Shown piece after piece: positions 28,669-38,827 of a DNA stretch of 64,000 nucleotides. The position numbers were made by a program, and so were the translations under genes. Source of the DNA: an uncultured Gammaproteobacteria bacterium (GTDB lineage Bacteria; Pseudomonadota; Gammaproteobacteria; UBA9214); contig CAVVHS010000009.1 of assembly GCA_963748215.1 (NCBI GenBank), positions 96,001 to 160,000 on the forward strand, read 5' to 3'. The notes under the pieces were generated by a model, which saw only the letters and a list, made by a program, of their open reading frames with translations, had not been told where the DNA came from and made no database searches. How positions within the stretch are numbered: position 1 is the first letter of the stretch; each line of letters opens with the position of its first letter.

Positions 28669-29445
28669 ATGGATCTTGCAACCTTAATCGGTCTGGTCGG
28701 CACGCTGGGTGCCATCACGACCGCCATACTCATGGGCAGCGGCTTTTCCATCTTCGTCAATGGACCGGGTCTGATGATCGTGGTCGCCGGCACCCTGACT
28801 GTGGTGCTGATGAAATACCCCTTGACAGTCGCCGTGCTTGCCATGAAGGCGGCAGCGAAGGCATTCCTGCACAAGGTGCAGACACCCCGGGACCTGATCG
28901 AGAAATGCGTGGAGCTTTCCAATATTGCGCGCAAGGAAGGCGTGCTCGGTCTGGAACAGGTCGAGATAGAGAATGAATTCCTGAAGCGGGGCGTCATGCT
29001 GGTAGTCGACGGCAATGATGCGGATTTTGTGCGCAAGATGCTGTCAAATGACATCAACCTGACCATCGAGCGGCATGAGGAAGGGCAGAGCATTTTCAAG
29101 TCGATCGGGGATGTGGCGCCAGCCATGGGCATGATAGGTACCCTGATCGGCCTGGTGCAGATGATGGCCAATATGAGTGACCCCAAGGCGCTCGGTCCGG
29201 CCATGGCGGTCGCGCTGCTCACCACCCTGTACGGTGCCGTGATCGCCAACGCGCTGGCACTGCCTATAGCGGACAAGCTTGCGCTGCGCAGCAAGCAGGA
29301 GCGCATGACGAAATCGCTTATCCTGGAAGGCATTTCGGCGATCCAGGCCGGGCTCAACCCGCGCGTGGTAGAGGATCTCCTGAAAACCTACCTGCCGGTA
29401 ACGCAGCGTGATTTCGTTAAGGATGAAAAGGAGGAAGCTGCCTGA
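28669..29445 (+). CDS. pomA: Flagellar stator A subunit, PomA type
   Basis: MDLATLIGL, GDVAPAMGMIGTLIGLVQM, GPAMAVALLTTLYG match PomA rather than enteric MotA. Confidence 0.9.
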   Translation: MDLATLIGLVGTLGAITTAILMGSGFSIFVNGPGLMIVVAGTLTVVLMKYPLTVAVLAMKAAAKAFLHKVQTPRDLIEKCVELSNIARKEGVLGLEQVEIENEFLKRGVMLVVDGNDADFVRKMLSNDINLTIERHEEGQSIFKSIGDVAPAMGMIGTLIGLVQMMANMSDPKALGPAMAVALLTTLYGAVIANALALPIADKLALRSKQERMTKSLILEGISAIQAGLNPRVVEDLLKTYLPVTQRDFVKDEKEEAA

Positions 29446-29469
29446 CGGCGGTTTTCCGGTTGCTGACTC

Positions 29470-30444
29470 ATGGCTGATTGTAATTGTCCGCCCGCACCCA
29501 AGTGTCCTGCGGGCATCCCGGCCTGGGTACTCACCTTTGCCGACCTGATGTCACTGCTGCTGGCCTTCTTCGTGTTGCTGTTCTCGTTTTCAGAGATGGA
29601 CCAGCAGAAATACAAACAGGTGGCCGGTTCCATGCGTGATGCATTCGGTATCCAGCGTGAAATCAATGTCAAGGATCCGCCCAAGGGCATCAATATCATC
29701 GCTCAGGAGTTCAGCGCCGGCAAGCCGAATGAATCAACGCCGCTGAACGAGATGCGCCAGGTGACCACGGACGATTTCCGTCAGTACCTGGAGATTCCGA
29801 AGCCTACCAAGGAATTCGAGGATGCATTAAAGGGCGAAAAGGAGCGTATTCAACTCGCGCTGGCGAACGAGATCAAGGACGGTTTCGTCGAGGTGGATAT
29901 CATCGACGAAACGATTGTGATCCGCATACTAGAGAGCGGTTCGTTTGCGTCGGCCAGCGCCGGGCTGATCGAACCGTTCAAAACCCTGCTGGAGAAGATG
30001 GCGAGGACCATCGGCTCCAATCCCGGTTCCGTGATCGTGGCCGGGCACACGGACTCGAAACCGATTGCGAACTCGCATTACCGGTCGAACTGGGAACTGT
30101 CAGCATCGCGTGCCGTCACCGTCGTGCATGAACTGATGGAGCATGGTGGAATCCCCAAGAGCCGGTTCCGCATCGAGGGGTACGGTGACATCAAGCCGGT
30201 AGACAGCAATGATACGGCGGAAGGGCGTGCACGTAATCGCCGGGTCGAGGTGACGCTCCTGTATGATGAAACCCTGGTGAAGTCCCAGCCGGCTGTGGCC
30301 GGGCCTGCTGTGGATTTGCCGCCGGCGAGTGTCGAGGAAGCCGCCGCAGTGAGTGTGTTCGGGCCGGTACAGGGCGAAATGTCCAGTCCGATGGAAAGTC
30401 TACTGATCAACCCCTGTCCGGGCTGCGATACAGGCAAAAGATGA
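29470..30444 (+). CDS. pomB: Flagellar stator B subunit, PomB/MotB
   Basis: WVLTFADLMSLLLAFFVLLFSFSEMD; OmpA-like GHTD, NWELSASRA, NRRVE. Confidence 0.9.
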   Translation: MADCNCPPAPKCPAGIPAWVLTFADLMSLLLAFFVLLFSFSEMDQQKYKQVAGSMRDAFGIQREINVKDPPKGINIIAQEFSAGKPNESTPLNEMRQVTTDDFRQYLEIPKPTKEFEDALKGEKERIQLALANEIKDGFVEVDIIDETIVIRILESGSFASASAGLIEPFKTLLEKMARTIGSNPGSVIVAGHTDSKPIANSHYRSNWELSASRAVTVVHELMEHGGIPKSRFRIEGYGDIKPVDSNDTAEGRARNRRVEVTLLYDETLVKSQPAVAGPAVDLPPASVEEAAAVSVFGPVQGEMSSPMESLLINPCPGCDTGKR

Positions 30445-30520
30445 AACCGTAAACGTTAGTAGTGAAAGGTAGCTGTTGACCCGGGGTTACTGCGCAGTTT
30501 TGCTATTACGTCTTACGCAA

Positions 30521-30598
30521 TGGTGCACAGAGTGCACCCTACATAATTTCCGTGTCCTTCCGTGGATTCCGTGGCCATTCCACCCTTCACGTCTCACG
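30521..30598. repeat. Composite intergenic repeat (REP-like palindrome + CCGTG nonamers + TCACG heptamers)
   Basis: TGGTGCACAGAGTGCACCCTAC, TTTCCGTGTCCTTCCGTGGATTCCGTGGCC, TTCACGTCTCACG; near copy at 49661-49740. Confidence 0.8.
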
Positions 30599-31082
30599 CC
30601 TTTGCCAGTGACCGGCTGCTGTGATGGTGATCCGATTCACCATCGGCCTGATAGGTATTCTGGCCCGGATCTTCACCCCGCAGCAGGTGCAGTGCTTCCC
30701 GGGCATGACGGCTGCACAGGTCAACCAGCTGCTGGTTTTTCCGGTTCAGATTGTCGCAGATGCGCGCCTGTGACTGCAGGCGCTGCCAGAGCGGTGTGAT
30801 CTGCTGTTGCGGATCGCACCAGCCCAGGCAATGCGTCATACCGGGATGTCCGGTCTCGAATCCTGCGCCTTTCAGCAGTACCGTGCGTTCCTGCTCGAGT
30901 CCGGCAAGTTGCTCGAGTAGCCGGGCCTTGTCACCAATGAGTTGTTCCAGGGCGGCGATATCGCTCCTGGCGATTACCCGGTATTCGTCCGCGAGCAGTG
31001 TCTCGAACCGTTCAGCAAGCTCCAGTTCCTGCTGAAGCAGGGAGCTGATTCCAAGCCGGCACACATCCTGGTTTACGGGCAT
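30594..31082 (-). CDS. flgN: Flagellar export chaperone FlgN
   Basis: Helical protein with W..L......C..LN.KN and TY...G; downstream of flgM. Confidence 0.88.
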   Translation of the reverse strand: MPVNQDVCRLGISSLLQQELELAERFETLLADEYRVIARSDIAALEQLIGDKARLLEQLAGLEQERTVLLKGAGFETGHPGMTHCLGWCDPQQQITPLWQRLQSQARICDNLNRKNQQLVDLCSRHAREALHLLRGEDPGQNTYQADGESDHHHSSRSLAKA

Positions 31083-31096
31083 TGTCTGTACTCCTG

Positions 31097-31414
31097 TTAG
31101 CGGTCGCCGTATTGCAGGCTGACCTTGTCGGCGATGCGGGCAGTGTCGATCCGGAAAGTGCCGGTCTCGATAGCCTGTTTCAGGGCAGCGACCCGCTCGG
31201 CGTCGAAATCTGCTGCGGTTTTACTGCCGCGCAGCTCGTCAGCAATGCGCCGGGCATCGTGTGACAGGCTGACGCGGTCGGTATGCGAGGAATCAGCCTT
31301 TTTATCCGCGGGCACGCTGTCGTCGGCCGGTGATCCGGAACGAACGATCATCGTCCTCAGCCGCTCCAGCAAGGCGCCCTGGGTTGCCAGCGGGTTCCTG
31401 AAATCGATTGGCAT
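31097..31414 (-). CDS. flgM: Anti-sigma28 factor FlgM
   Basis: DRVSLS, FDAERVAALKQAIETGTFRID..RIADK. Confidence 0.9.
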   Translation of the reverse strand: MPIDFRNPLATQGALLERLRTMIVRSGSPADDSVPADKKADSSHTDRVSLSHDARRIADELRGSKTAADFDAERVAALKQAIETGTFRIDTARIADKVSLQYGDR

Positions 31415-31453
31415 GTAAAATCCTGTTATTCCCCAAAACTGTCTGCAACTACC

Positions 31454-32161
31454 TTACATAGCGACCTGGATGGTGGATGACGAGAGTACGATCCCGTCAA
31501 TCACCCGCTTCGAGCTCAAATTGCGAACCTTGATGCGGGCCCCGGTGACGCCGTCCGCCAGCGCCTCTCCGGTCATCCTCACTTCCAGGCCACCACTGCT
31601 GGCGACCAGGACGACACGTTGCCCGCGCCTGACCTGTATCGGTTCCTTGACCAGGTAATTCGTCAGCGCGGCATCCATGGCAACGGTGCGAGTGACTTCC
31701 ATCCCTGCCACCTCGGCCGGATCGCTGAAATAGCCGGACTGCAGCTGGGCGAGATCACGCTCCACCATTTTCACATCGCCTTCCCCGACTACCTGCCCTC
31801 GCGTCAACGGGCGGGCGGCGGCGACCACCTTGTCATAGATGCTGACCTTGACCGGCACATACAACGACCAGGATTTGCTGCCGCTACAGCGCACACCGAC
31901 GGTGATATTGCCCAGCGTCTTGCCGCCAGGTGGCTGGAATGCCTCCAGCGGTTCGTCGCAGTGTGACAGCCGCAGGCGCGAGTCGAGCTTGCCGGGCCGT
32001 ACATCCGGAGTCTGGCCGTGACTCGACCTGACAACGTCCGTGATGAAATGCTCGGCTGTCTTGCGGATGGATTCGTGATCCTGGACGGGGGCCGCCGGGA
32101 GTGCGGTTGTCGTGAAGGTTGCCGCCATTGCAAGTCCATATGCAAATATCCTGAAATCCAT
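31454..32161 (-). CDS. flgA: P-ring formation chaperone FlgA
   Basis: Signal peptide, LDSRLRL..C, SAF domain, GEALADG..G..IKVRNLSSKR. Confidence 0.93.
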   Translation of the reverse strand: MDFRIFAYGLAMAATFTTTALPAAPVQDHESIRKTAEHFITDVVRSSHGQTPDVRPGKLDSRLRLSHCDEPLEAFQPPGGKTLGNITVGVRCSGSKSWSLYVPVKVSIYDKVVAAARPLTRGQVVGEGDVKMVERDLAQLQSGYFSDPAEVAGMEVTRTVAMDAALTNYLVKEPIQVRRGQRVVLVASSGGLEVRMTGEALADGVTGARIKVRNLSSKRVIDGIVLSSSTIQVAM

Positions 32162-32206
32162 TGTTCACTCCATGCCCGGTTGCTGTGTGATGCCTGTCTC
32201 GTTTGC

Positions 32207-32222
32207 AGCAATATACGTGCCA
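32207..32222 (-). promoter_or_regulatory. sigma54 promoter for flgA
   Basis: TGGCAC-GTATA-TTGCT. Confidence 0.85.
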
Positions 32223-32523
32223 GATCAGCATTGCTGTGCATGTGAAGTGGCGACATCGCCGTGCATGCCTGATTAATCGGCTGCCTGGGTCGGGGTGTTG
32301 AGCCCCGGGTTTGATGTCGTGCGGATACGGCTTGCCGCCAGGAGGGCAACATGTTGCCGCTTGCACGTTCCCCCGGCTTTCACTGATGTGCTGCAAGGTC
32401 TTGTCGTCCTATCGACCGTCCCTGCCAGGTGCAGCGAATAATCCCGTGTTTATAAAGGTGAGTGCGTGCGTGAGGCCGCGCCGGAGATGTGCCCGGCAGT
32501 AGTTTGCAGTGTCTGACTGAAGT

Positions 32524-32539
32524 TGGCACGTCGCTTGCT
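32524..32539 (+). promoter_or_regulatory. sigma54 promoter for the flgB operon
   Basis: TGGCAC-GTCGC-TTGCT. Confidence 0.88.
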
Positions 32540-32575
32540 AGGTGAGATGCACTGGAAGAATTTACGAGGTGCAGC

Positions 32576-32962
32576 ATGCCATCAATCATAGACCGCGCGT
32601 TTGGCGTACATGCCGAGGCCCTGCAGTTGCGGTCGCGTCGCGGCGAGATGCTCGCATCGAACCTCGCCAATGCTGACACGCCGAACTACAAGGCGCGTGA
32701 CCTGGATTTCCGCAATGCGCTCAGCGAGGCGCAGGCATCCACAGCGCTGGCCACCACGCATGCCGGACACATGCGCATGCAGGGTGGAGGCAGTATGCAG
32801 GCCCTGTACCGCGTGCCGGGACAGCCGTCGCTTGACGGCAATACCGTGGACACACAGATCGAGCAGACCAAGTTTGCCGAGAATGCCGTGCGCTACCGTA
32901 CCAGCCTGCGTTTTCTGAGCGGCAAGGTCAGCGGGCTGATGACTGCCATCAAGGGGGAATAA
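32576..32962 (+). CDS. flgB: Basal-body rod protein FlgB
   Basis: LASNLANADTPNYKARD, DGNTVD. Confidence 0.97.
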   Translation: MPSIIDRAFGVHAEALQLRSRRGEMLASNLANADTPNYKARDLDFRNALSEAQASTALATTHAGHMRMQGGGSMQALYRVPGQPSLDGNTVDTQIEQTKFAENAVRYRTSLRFLSGKVSGLMTAIKGE

Positions 32963-32965
32963 GCG

Positions 32966-33379
32966 ATGGGACTGTTCAGGATATTTGATGTCGCCGGTTC
33001 CGGCATGAGTGCGCAGACCGTGCGCCTCAATACCGTGGCCAGCAACATGGCCAATGCCGAGGTGGTCAGCGGCAGTGAGCAAGGTGCATACCATGCACGC
33101 CAGCCGGTGTTTGCAGCGATCATGGATGCGATGAATGGCGACAACAGCTCCGTGCCGGTACAGGTGACCGGCGTGGTCGAGAGCCAGGCGCCGATCAACC
33201 GCGAGTACAGCCCGCAGCATCCACAGGCCGACGCCGATGGCTACGTGTACCTGTCCAACGTCAATATGATCGAGGAAATGGCCAACATGATTTCCGCATC
33301 GCGTTCCTACCAGAGCAACGTCGAGGTGGCCAAGACCTCCAAGCAGTTGCTGCTGGAAACCCTGCGACTCGGCCAGTAA
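32966..33379 (+). CDS. flgC: Basal-body rod protein FlgC
   Basis: SGMSAQ..RLN.VASNMAN, HPQAD.DGYV, MISASRSYQSN. Confidence 0.97.
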   Translation: MGLFRIFDVAGSGMSAQTVRLNTVASNMANAEVVSGSEQGAYHARQPVFAAIMDAMNGDNSSVPVQVTGVVESQAPINREYSPQHPQADADGYVYLSNVNMIEEMANMISASRSYQSNVEVAKTSKQLLLETLRLGQ

Positions 33380-33410
33380 CCGACGCACGAATGAATAACG
33401 AGGCAAGCAC

Positions 33411-34085
33411 ATGAACAGCATTCAGGATACTGCCATTTACGAAGAACTGGGCCTGTCCCGCACGGCGCAGAGCGGCGCGAGGAAGACCGAGCTGGGTCAG
33501 GAGGACTTCCTCAAGCTCATGACTACGCAGCTCAAGAACCAGGACCCGATGAAGCCGATGGAAAACGGCGAGTTCATGGGACAACTGGCGCAATTCGGTA
33601 CCGTGAGTGGCATCGAGGAAGTGCGGACGGAACTGCAGAACCTGTCCGGCTCGCTGGTTTCGAACCAGTCGCTGCAGGCGGCGGCGGTGCTGGGACGGCA
33701 GGTGCTGATACCCGGTAGTCAAGGTGTGCTTGAAGCGGATGGTGCCATCCACGGTGCCGTGGATCTGCCCAATGCGATCACCAATCTGAATATCGGTATC
33801 TACGATTTATCCGGACAGCTGATAAGGAATGTCAGTCTGGGCAATCAGTCACCAGGGATGGTGGCTTTTAACTGGGACGGCCTTGCCACGGATGGCTCGG
33901 CCGCCCCTCCTGGTCGTTACGAGCTCCGTGCAGAGGCGATCAGCGGCGGCAGTAACGAAGCGTACGACGTCATGCTTGCTGACACGGTGCGGAGCGTTTC
34001 ACTGCCTGCAGCAGGCAAGCCCCTGACGCTCGAATTGACCCGCCTCGGTAACGTGAGTTTTTCGGATATCAGGCAGATAAGCTAG
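33411..34085 (+). CDS. flgD: Hook capping protein FlgD
   Basis: LGQEDFLKLMTTQLKNQDP, FNWDG. Confidence 0.96.
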   Translation: MNSIQDTAIYEELGLSRTAQSGARKTELGQEDFLKLMTTQLKNQDPMKPMENGEFMGQLAQFGTVSGIEEVRTELQNLSGSLVSNQSLQAAAVLGRQVLIPGSQGVLEADGAIHGAVDLPNAITNLNIGIYDLSGQLIRNVSLGNQSPGMVAFNWDGLATDGSAAPPGRYELRAEAISGGSNEAYDVMLADTVRSVSLPAAGKPLTLELTRLGNVSFSDIRQIS

Positions 34086-34104
34086 CAGGAACAGGAGAAA
34101 TACC

Positions 34105-35334
34105 ATGTCATTTCGAATTGCATTAAGTGGGCTGAATGCAGCGCAGGCATCGCTCGATGTCACGGCGAATAACATCGCCAATGCCAATACCACGGGTTTC
34201 AAGCAGTCGCGTGCCGAGTTTACCGACGTCTATGCCACGGCGTTTGGCAGTATCGGTTCGCTGGAAACCGGCGCCGGCGTGCGCCTGGCATCGGTCTCGG
34301 CACTTTTCAACCAGGGCAATATCGATTTTACCGGCAATGCCCTGGATCTGGCGGTCAACGGCGAGGGATTTTTCGTTCTTAACGACCAGGGTTCGAATAT
34401 CTACAGCCGTGCCGGCGCGTTCCAGGTAGATCGCGACGGCTATGTCGTCAATGTCAGCGGTCAGCGCCTGCAGGCCTACCCCGCGCTCGATACGTCGGGA
34501 ACATCATTCAGCACGGCAGCATTGTCCGATCTGCAGCTGATTGCATCGAACACCCCGCCCAGTCCGACAACGACGGCGGACATCTCGCTGAACCTGGATG
34601 CCAGCTCGCTACAGCTTGGCCCTGGCGCCATCGATCCCACCGATGCGACGACTTACAACTATTCGACCGCGATGACTACCTATGACAGCCTCGGGCAGCC
34701 GCATACCACTTCGATGTTCTTCAGAAAGATCGACACGACGACACGGAGCTGGGATACGCGCGTGGTCACCGATGGTGATGTGGCGCAAAGTGCCACAGTC
34801 CAGAACCTGATCTTTGACAGTCTGGGTCAGTTGTCCTCGGCGCAGCCGGTCAATTTCGGTACCTATGATCCGGGTAATGGCGCGGCCATCATGAATGTCG
34901 ATTTCGATTTTACCGGCACCACCCAGTACGGCAGTTCATTTGCCGTCAACTCGTTGTTCCAGGATGGTTTCACGACCGGACGACTGAGTGGTCTCGACAT
35001 CGACGACAGTGGCGTGGTGCTGGCGCGCTTCAGCAATGGACAGTCTTCTGCGCTGGGCAAGGTCGCACTGGCCAACTTTCCCAACCCCCAGGGCCTGTCT
35101 CCGCTGGGTGACAGCACCTGGGGAGCCAGCTACCAGGCCGGTGATCGCCGCCTGGGTGAACCGGGTGCCGGTAACTTCGGTTTCCTGCAGTCGGGTGCAC
35201 TGGAGAGTTCCAACGTCGAGATTACCGAGGAACTGGTGAGCCTGATAACCGCACAGCGCAGCTTCCAGGCCAATGCGCAGGTCATCTCGGCTGCTGACAC
35301 ATTGACACAGACCGTGATCAACATCGGCCGCTAG
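34105..35334 (+). CDS. flgE: Hook protein FlgE
   Basis: LSGLNAA...ANNIANANTTGFK, YDSLG, LESSNV, AQRSFQANAQ. Confidence 0.96.
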   Translation: MSFRIALSGLNAAQASLDVTANNIANANTTGFKQSRAEFTDVYATAFGSIGSLETGAGVRLASVSALFNQGNIDFTGNALDLAVNGEGFFVLNDQGSNIYSRAGAFQVDRDGYVVNVSGQRLQAYPALDTSGTSFSTAALSDLQLIASNTPPSPTTTADISLNLDASSLQLGPGAIDPTDATTYNYSTAMTTYDSLGQPHTTSMFFRKIDTTTRSWDTRVVTDGDVAQSATVQNLIFDSLGQLSSAQPVNFGTYDPGNGAAIMNVDFDFTGTTQYGSSFAVNSLFQDGFTTGRLSGLDIDDSGVVLARFSNGQSSALGKVALANFPNPQGLSPLGDSTWGASYQAGDRRLGEPGAGNFGFLQSGALESSNVEITEELVSLITAQRSFQANAQVISAADTLTQTVINIGR

Positions 35335-35364
35335 CCAATACTCGAATAGGGGAAGGGACTGATC

Positions 35365-36105
35365 ATGGACAAATTACTGTATGTCGCGATGAGTGGCGCC
35401 AGGGAAACCATGCAGGCACAGGCTGTGAATGCACAGAACCTGGCCAATGCCAGCACCACCGGTTTCCGTGCCGACCTGGAATCGTTCCGCAGTCTGCCCG
35501 TGTACGGTCCCGGTCATGCCAGCCGCGTCTATGGTGTGGCGAACGGGATGGGTGTGGATTTCACGCCAGGCTCGGCGGTCAGCACCGGCCGCGATATGGA
35601 CGTCGCGGTCAACGGCAATGGCTGGCTCGCCGTGCAGGGACCGGATGGCAATGAAGCCTATACCCGGGCTGGAGATTTACGGGTGGACAGCCTCGGGTTG
35701 CTCAGGACGGGCGCCGGCCATGTCGTGATGGGGAACGGAAGCCCCATCGCGGTTCCACCCTTTGAATCGGTCGAGATTGCCGGGGACGGCACCATCTCGA
35801 TCCGGCCGGTCGGTGCGGCCGCCAACACGGTGTCCGTGGTGGACCGCATCAAACTGGTCAACCCGTCATTCGACGACATGGAAAAGGGGTCGGACGGCCT
35901 GATGCACATGAAGAACCGCGAACCGGCAGTCGCCGACGGTGCCGTGACCGTCCAGGCAGGTGCGCTGGAATCAAGTAACGTCAACACCATCGAGGCGATG
36001 GTCAGCATGATTCAGCTGGCACGCCAGTACGAGACGCAGGTCAAGGTTATGGCCAATGCCGAGGAAAATGACCGCGCGGCGTCGCAACTGCTGCGCCTGG
36101 AATAA
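35365..36105 (+). CDS. flgF: Basal-body rod protein FlgF
   Basis: MDKLLYVAMSGA, NLANASTTGFRAD, EAYTRAG. Confidence 0.96.
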   Translation: MDKLLYVAMSGARETMQAQAVNAQNLANASTTGFRADLESFRSLPVYGPGHASRVYGVANGMGVDFTPGSAVSTGRDMDVAVNGNGWLAVQGPDGNEAYTRAGDLRVDSLGLLRTGAGHVVMGNGSPIAVPPFESVEIAGDGTISIRPVGAAANTVSVVDRIKLVNPSFDDMEKGSDGLMHMKNREPAVADGAVTVQAGALESSNVNTIEAMVSMIQLARQYETQVKVMANAEENDRAASQLLRLE

Positions 36106-36157
36106 CGGGATACCGGTAGCCGGATGATACGCCGGCAACCAGCACAAGGAGAGTGAG

Positions 36158-36943
36158 ATGGATCAGGCATTGTGGATAGCAAAAACAGGACTCGAGGCAC
36201 AGCAGACCCGTATGGCGGTGACGGCCAATAACCTGGCCAACGTCAATACCACCGGCTTCAAGCGCAGTCGTGCGGTGTTCGAGGACCTGCTCTACCAGAA
36301 CAATGGTCAGGCCGGCGCGCAGTCGTCCGAGGATACCAAGCTCAACTCGGGCCTTATGACCGGTACCGGTGTGCGTGTGGTGGCGACCGAAAAACTGTTC
36401 AACCAGGGCAGCCTGGTGCAGACCGGCAACAACCTGGACATGGCCGTTGAGGGTCGCGGTTTCTTCCAGATCCTGATGCCGGACGGTACCCTGGGCTATA
36501 CCCGTGACGGTACCTTCCAGGTCAATGCCAACGGCGAGATCGTTACCGCCAAGGGATATGCCCTGCAGCCGGGCATCACCATCCCGGAGGATGCGCAGAG
36601 CATCACCATCAGCACCGATGGCATTGTCTCGGTAAGTCAGCCCGGCAATGCGGTTCCCACCCAGGTCGGTACGATCCAGCTATCGGATTTTATCAACCCC
36701 GCCGGCCTGCAGCCGATCGGTCAGAACCTGTTCCTGGAGACCGGCTCCAGCGGTGCGCCGCAGACCGGTACGCCCGGGCAATCCGGTATCGGGGCGCTGG
36801 CGCAGGGTGTGCTGGAGACATCCAATGTCAACACTGTTGAGGAACTGGTGAACATGATCGAGACTCAGCGCGCCTATGAAATGAATTCCAAGGCCATCTC
36901 GACAGCGGAGCAGATGCTGGAATACGCCAATAACACGCTCTAG
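36158..36943 (+). CDS. flgG: Distal rod protein FlgG
   Basis: [27 protein letters not shown]. Confidence 0.97.
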   Translation: MDQALWIAKTGLEAQQTRMAVTANNLANVNTTGFKRSRAVFEDLLYQNNGQAGAQSSEDTKLNSGLMTGTGVRVVATEKLFNQGSLVQTGNNLDMAVEGRGFFQILMPDGTLGYTRDGTFQVNANGEIVTAKGYALQPGITIPEDAQSITISTDGIVSVSQPGNAVPTQVGTIQLSDFINPAGLQPIGQNLFLETGSSGAPQTGTPGQSGIGALAQGVLETSNVNTVEELVNMIETQRAYEMNSKAISTAEQMLEYANNTL

Positions 36944-36975
36944 GCGAAACACGGTGAGCGTCGGAGGATACAACC

Positions 36976-37674
36976 ATGCCGCGTAATACAGGATTCGATG
37001 TGCTGAAGCTGCTTGCCTGTTGCACCATCGTCTGGCTGACGGGCTGCACGACCGGTTCGGTACTGACCCGCCCGGGCGAGCCGGGATTCGCACCGGCGCA
37101 GCCGGTATTACAGCAGCCGGCCATGCAGCACAACGGCTCGATTTACATGTCGAGTGTGCCACGACCGCTGTTCGAGGATATCAAGGCACGCCAGGTCGGT
37201 GACCTGTTGACCGTGATACTCGATGAACAGACCGATGCCAGCAAGTCGGCCAGTACCGGCATCACCAAGGATTCCACTACGGATATCAGTGCGCCGACCA
37301 TCCTCGGACAGGATGTGACCCTGGGCGGCAACCCGCTCGGCACGGGACTGGATTCGGCCAGCGATTTCTCGGGCGAGGCGGACAGCTCCCAGAGCAACAA
37401 ACTGCAGGGCAGCATCACCGTCACCGTCGCCGAGGTGCTGCCGAACGGCAATCTCCGGATACAGGGCGAGAAATGGATCGCCATCAACCAGGGTGACGAG
37501 TACGTGCGTCTGCGCGGTATTGTGCGGCCAGTCGATATTGCACCGACCAACACGGTGTTCTCGACCCAGGTTGCCGATGCGCAGATCACCTATCGCGGCA
37601 AGGGCGCCACGGCGGACTCCAATGCCATGGGCTGGCTGGCGCGGTTCTTCATTTCGCCACTCTGGCCTTTCTGA
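36976..37674 (+). CDS. flgH: L-ring lipoprotein FlgH
   Basis: Lipobox LTGC, LFEDIKA..VGD, VLPNGNL.I.GEK, MGWLARFF. Confidence 0.96.
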   Translation: MPRNTGFDVLKLLACCTIVWLTGCTTGSVLTRPGEPGFAPAQPVLQQPAMQHNGSIYMSSVPRPLFEDIKARQVGDLLTVILDEQTDASKSASTGITKDSTTDISAPTILGQDVTLGGNPLGTGLDSASDFSGEADSSQSNKLQGSITVTVAEVLPNGNLRIQGEKWIAINQGDEYVRLRGIVRPVDIAPTNTVFSTQVADAQITYRGKGATADSNAMGWLARFFISPLWPF

Positions 37675-37695
37675 CGGACTACCGGGACAAACACG

Positions 37696-38805
37696 ATGAA
37701 AACAATCCACGTAACCAGGGCCTGTGTTGCCATGCTGTTGATGACGCTGTCTGCCGGCATCTCGGCAGAACGAATCAAGGACCTGGCGTCGGTCGCCGGG
37801 GTGCGTGCCAACCAGCTGATCGGCTACGGCCTGGTGGTTGGCCTGGACGGTACCGGTGATTCATCCAGTCAGCCGTTCACGGTGCAAAGCCTGACCAGTA
37901 TGCTGGCGCAGCTTGGCGTGGTGATTCCGCCGAACGTCAAGCCGCAGCTGAAAAATGCCGCAGCGGTGATTGTCAGCGCCGAGCTGCCGGCCTTTGCCAA
38001 GCCGGGCCAGACCATCGACGTGACCGTGTCATCGCTAGGTAATTCCAAGAGCCTGCGTGGCGGCACACTGCTGATGTCGCCGCTGAAGGGCGCGGACGGG
38101 CAGGTTTATGCAATAGCGCAGGGTAACCTGGTGGTTGGCGGTTTCGGGGCGGGTGGCGCGGATGGTTCGAGCGTTACTGTGAACGTACCGAGCGTAGGCC
38201 GGGTGCCGAACGGCGCGACGGTGGAACGCGGCGTACCCAGCCCGTTCGATTCGAGCGACACCATTACGCTGAACCTGAACACTGCGGATTTCACTACCGC
38301 CAGCCGCGTGGTGGAAAGCATCAACAGCACCATGGGCAAGGATACGGCGATGGCGCTGGATGGCGGTTCCGTGCGCGTGCGTGCACCGCTGGATTCCGAT
38401 AAAAAGGTGATGTTCGTGTCGATGCTGGAGAACCTGCCGGTCGAACCGGGCGAGGCGGCGGCGCGCGTCATCATCAATTCCCGGACCGGTACCGTCGTAA
38501 TCGGCAGCCACGTGCGGGTGATGCCGGCCGCCGTATCGCACGGCAGCCTGACCGTCACCATCAGCGAGCAGCCCGAGGTCAGTCAGCCGGCGCCGCTGTC
38601 CGGTGGCGCCACCACCGTGGTGCCACGCACGGAAATCGCTGTCTCCGAGGAGGGCAGCCGCATGTTCCTGTTCGAACCGGGTATCACGCTTAACGAGATA
38701 GTCCGCGCGGTCAACCAGGTGGGTGCCGCGCCCGGTGACCTGGTGGCGATCCTCGAGGCGCTCAAGGTGGCTGGTGCGCTGCGTGCCGAACTGCTGGTGA
38801 TCTGA
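37696..38805 (+). CDS. flgI: P-ring protein FlgI
   Basis: [30 protein letters not shown]. Confidence 0.97.
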   Translation: MKTIHVTRACVAMLLMTLSAGISAERIKDLASVAGVRANQLIGYGLVVGLDGTGDSSSQPFTVQSLTSMLAQLGVVIPPNVKPQLKNAAAVIVSAELPAFAKPGQTIDVTVSSLGNSKSLRGGTLLMSPLKGADGQVYAIAQGNLVVGGFGAGGADGSSVTVNVPSVGRVPNGATVERGVPSPFDSSDTITLNLNTADFTTASRVVESINSTMGKDTAMALDGGSVRVRAPLDSDKKVMFVSMLENLPVEPGEAAARVIINSRTGTVVIGSHVRVMPAAVSHGSLTVTISEQPEVSQPAPLSGGATTVVPRTEIAVSEEGSRMFLFEPGITLNEIVRAVNQVGAAPGDLVAILEALKVAGALRAELLVI

Positions 38806-38827
38806 TCGCCACCCGGCCGGAAAAGCC

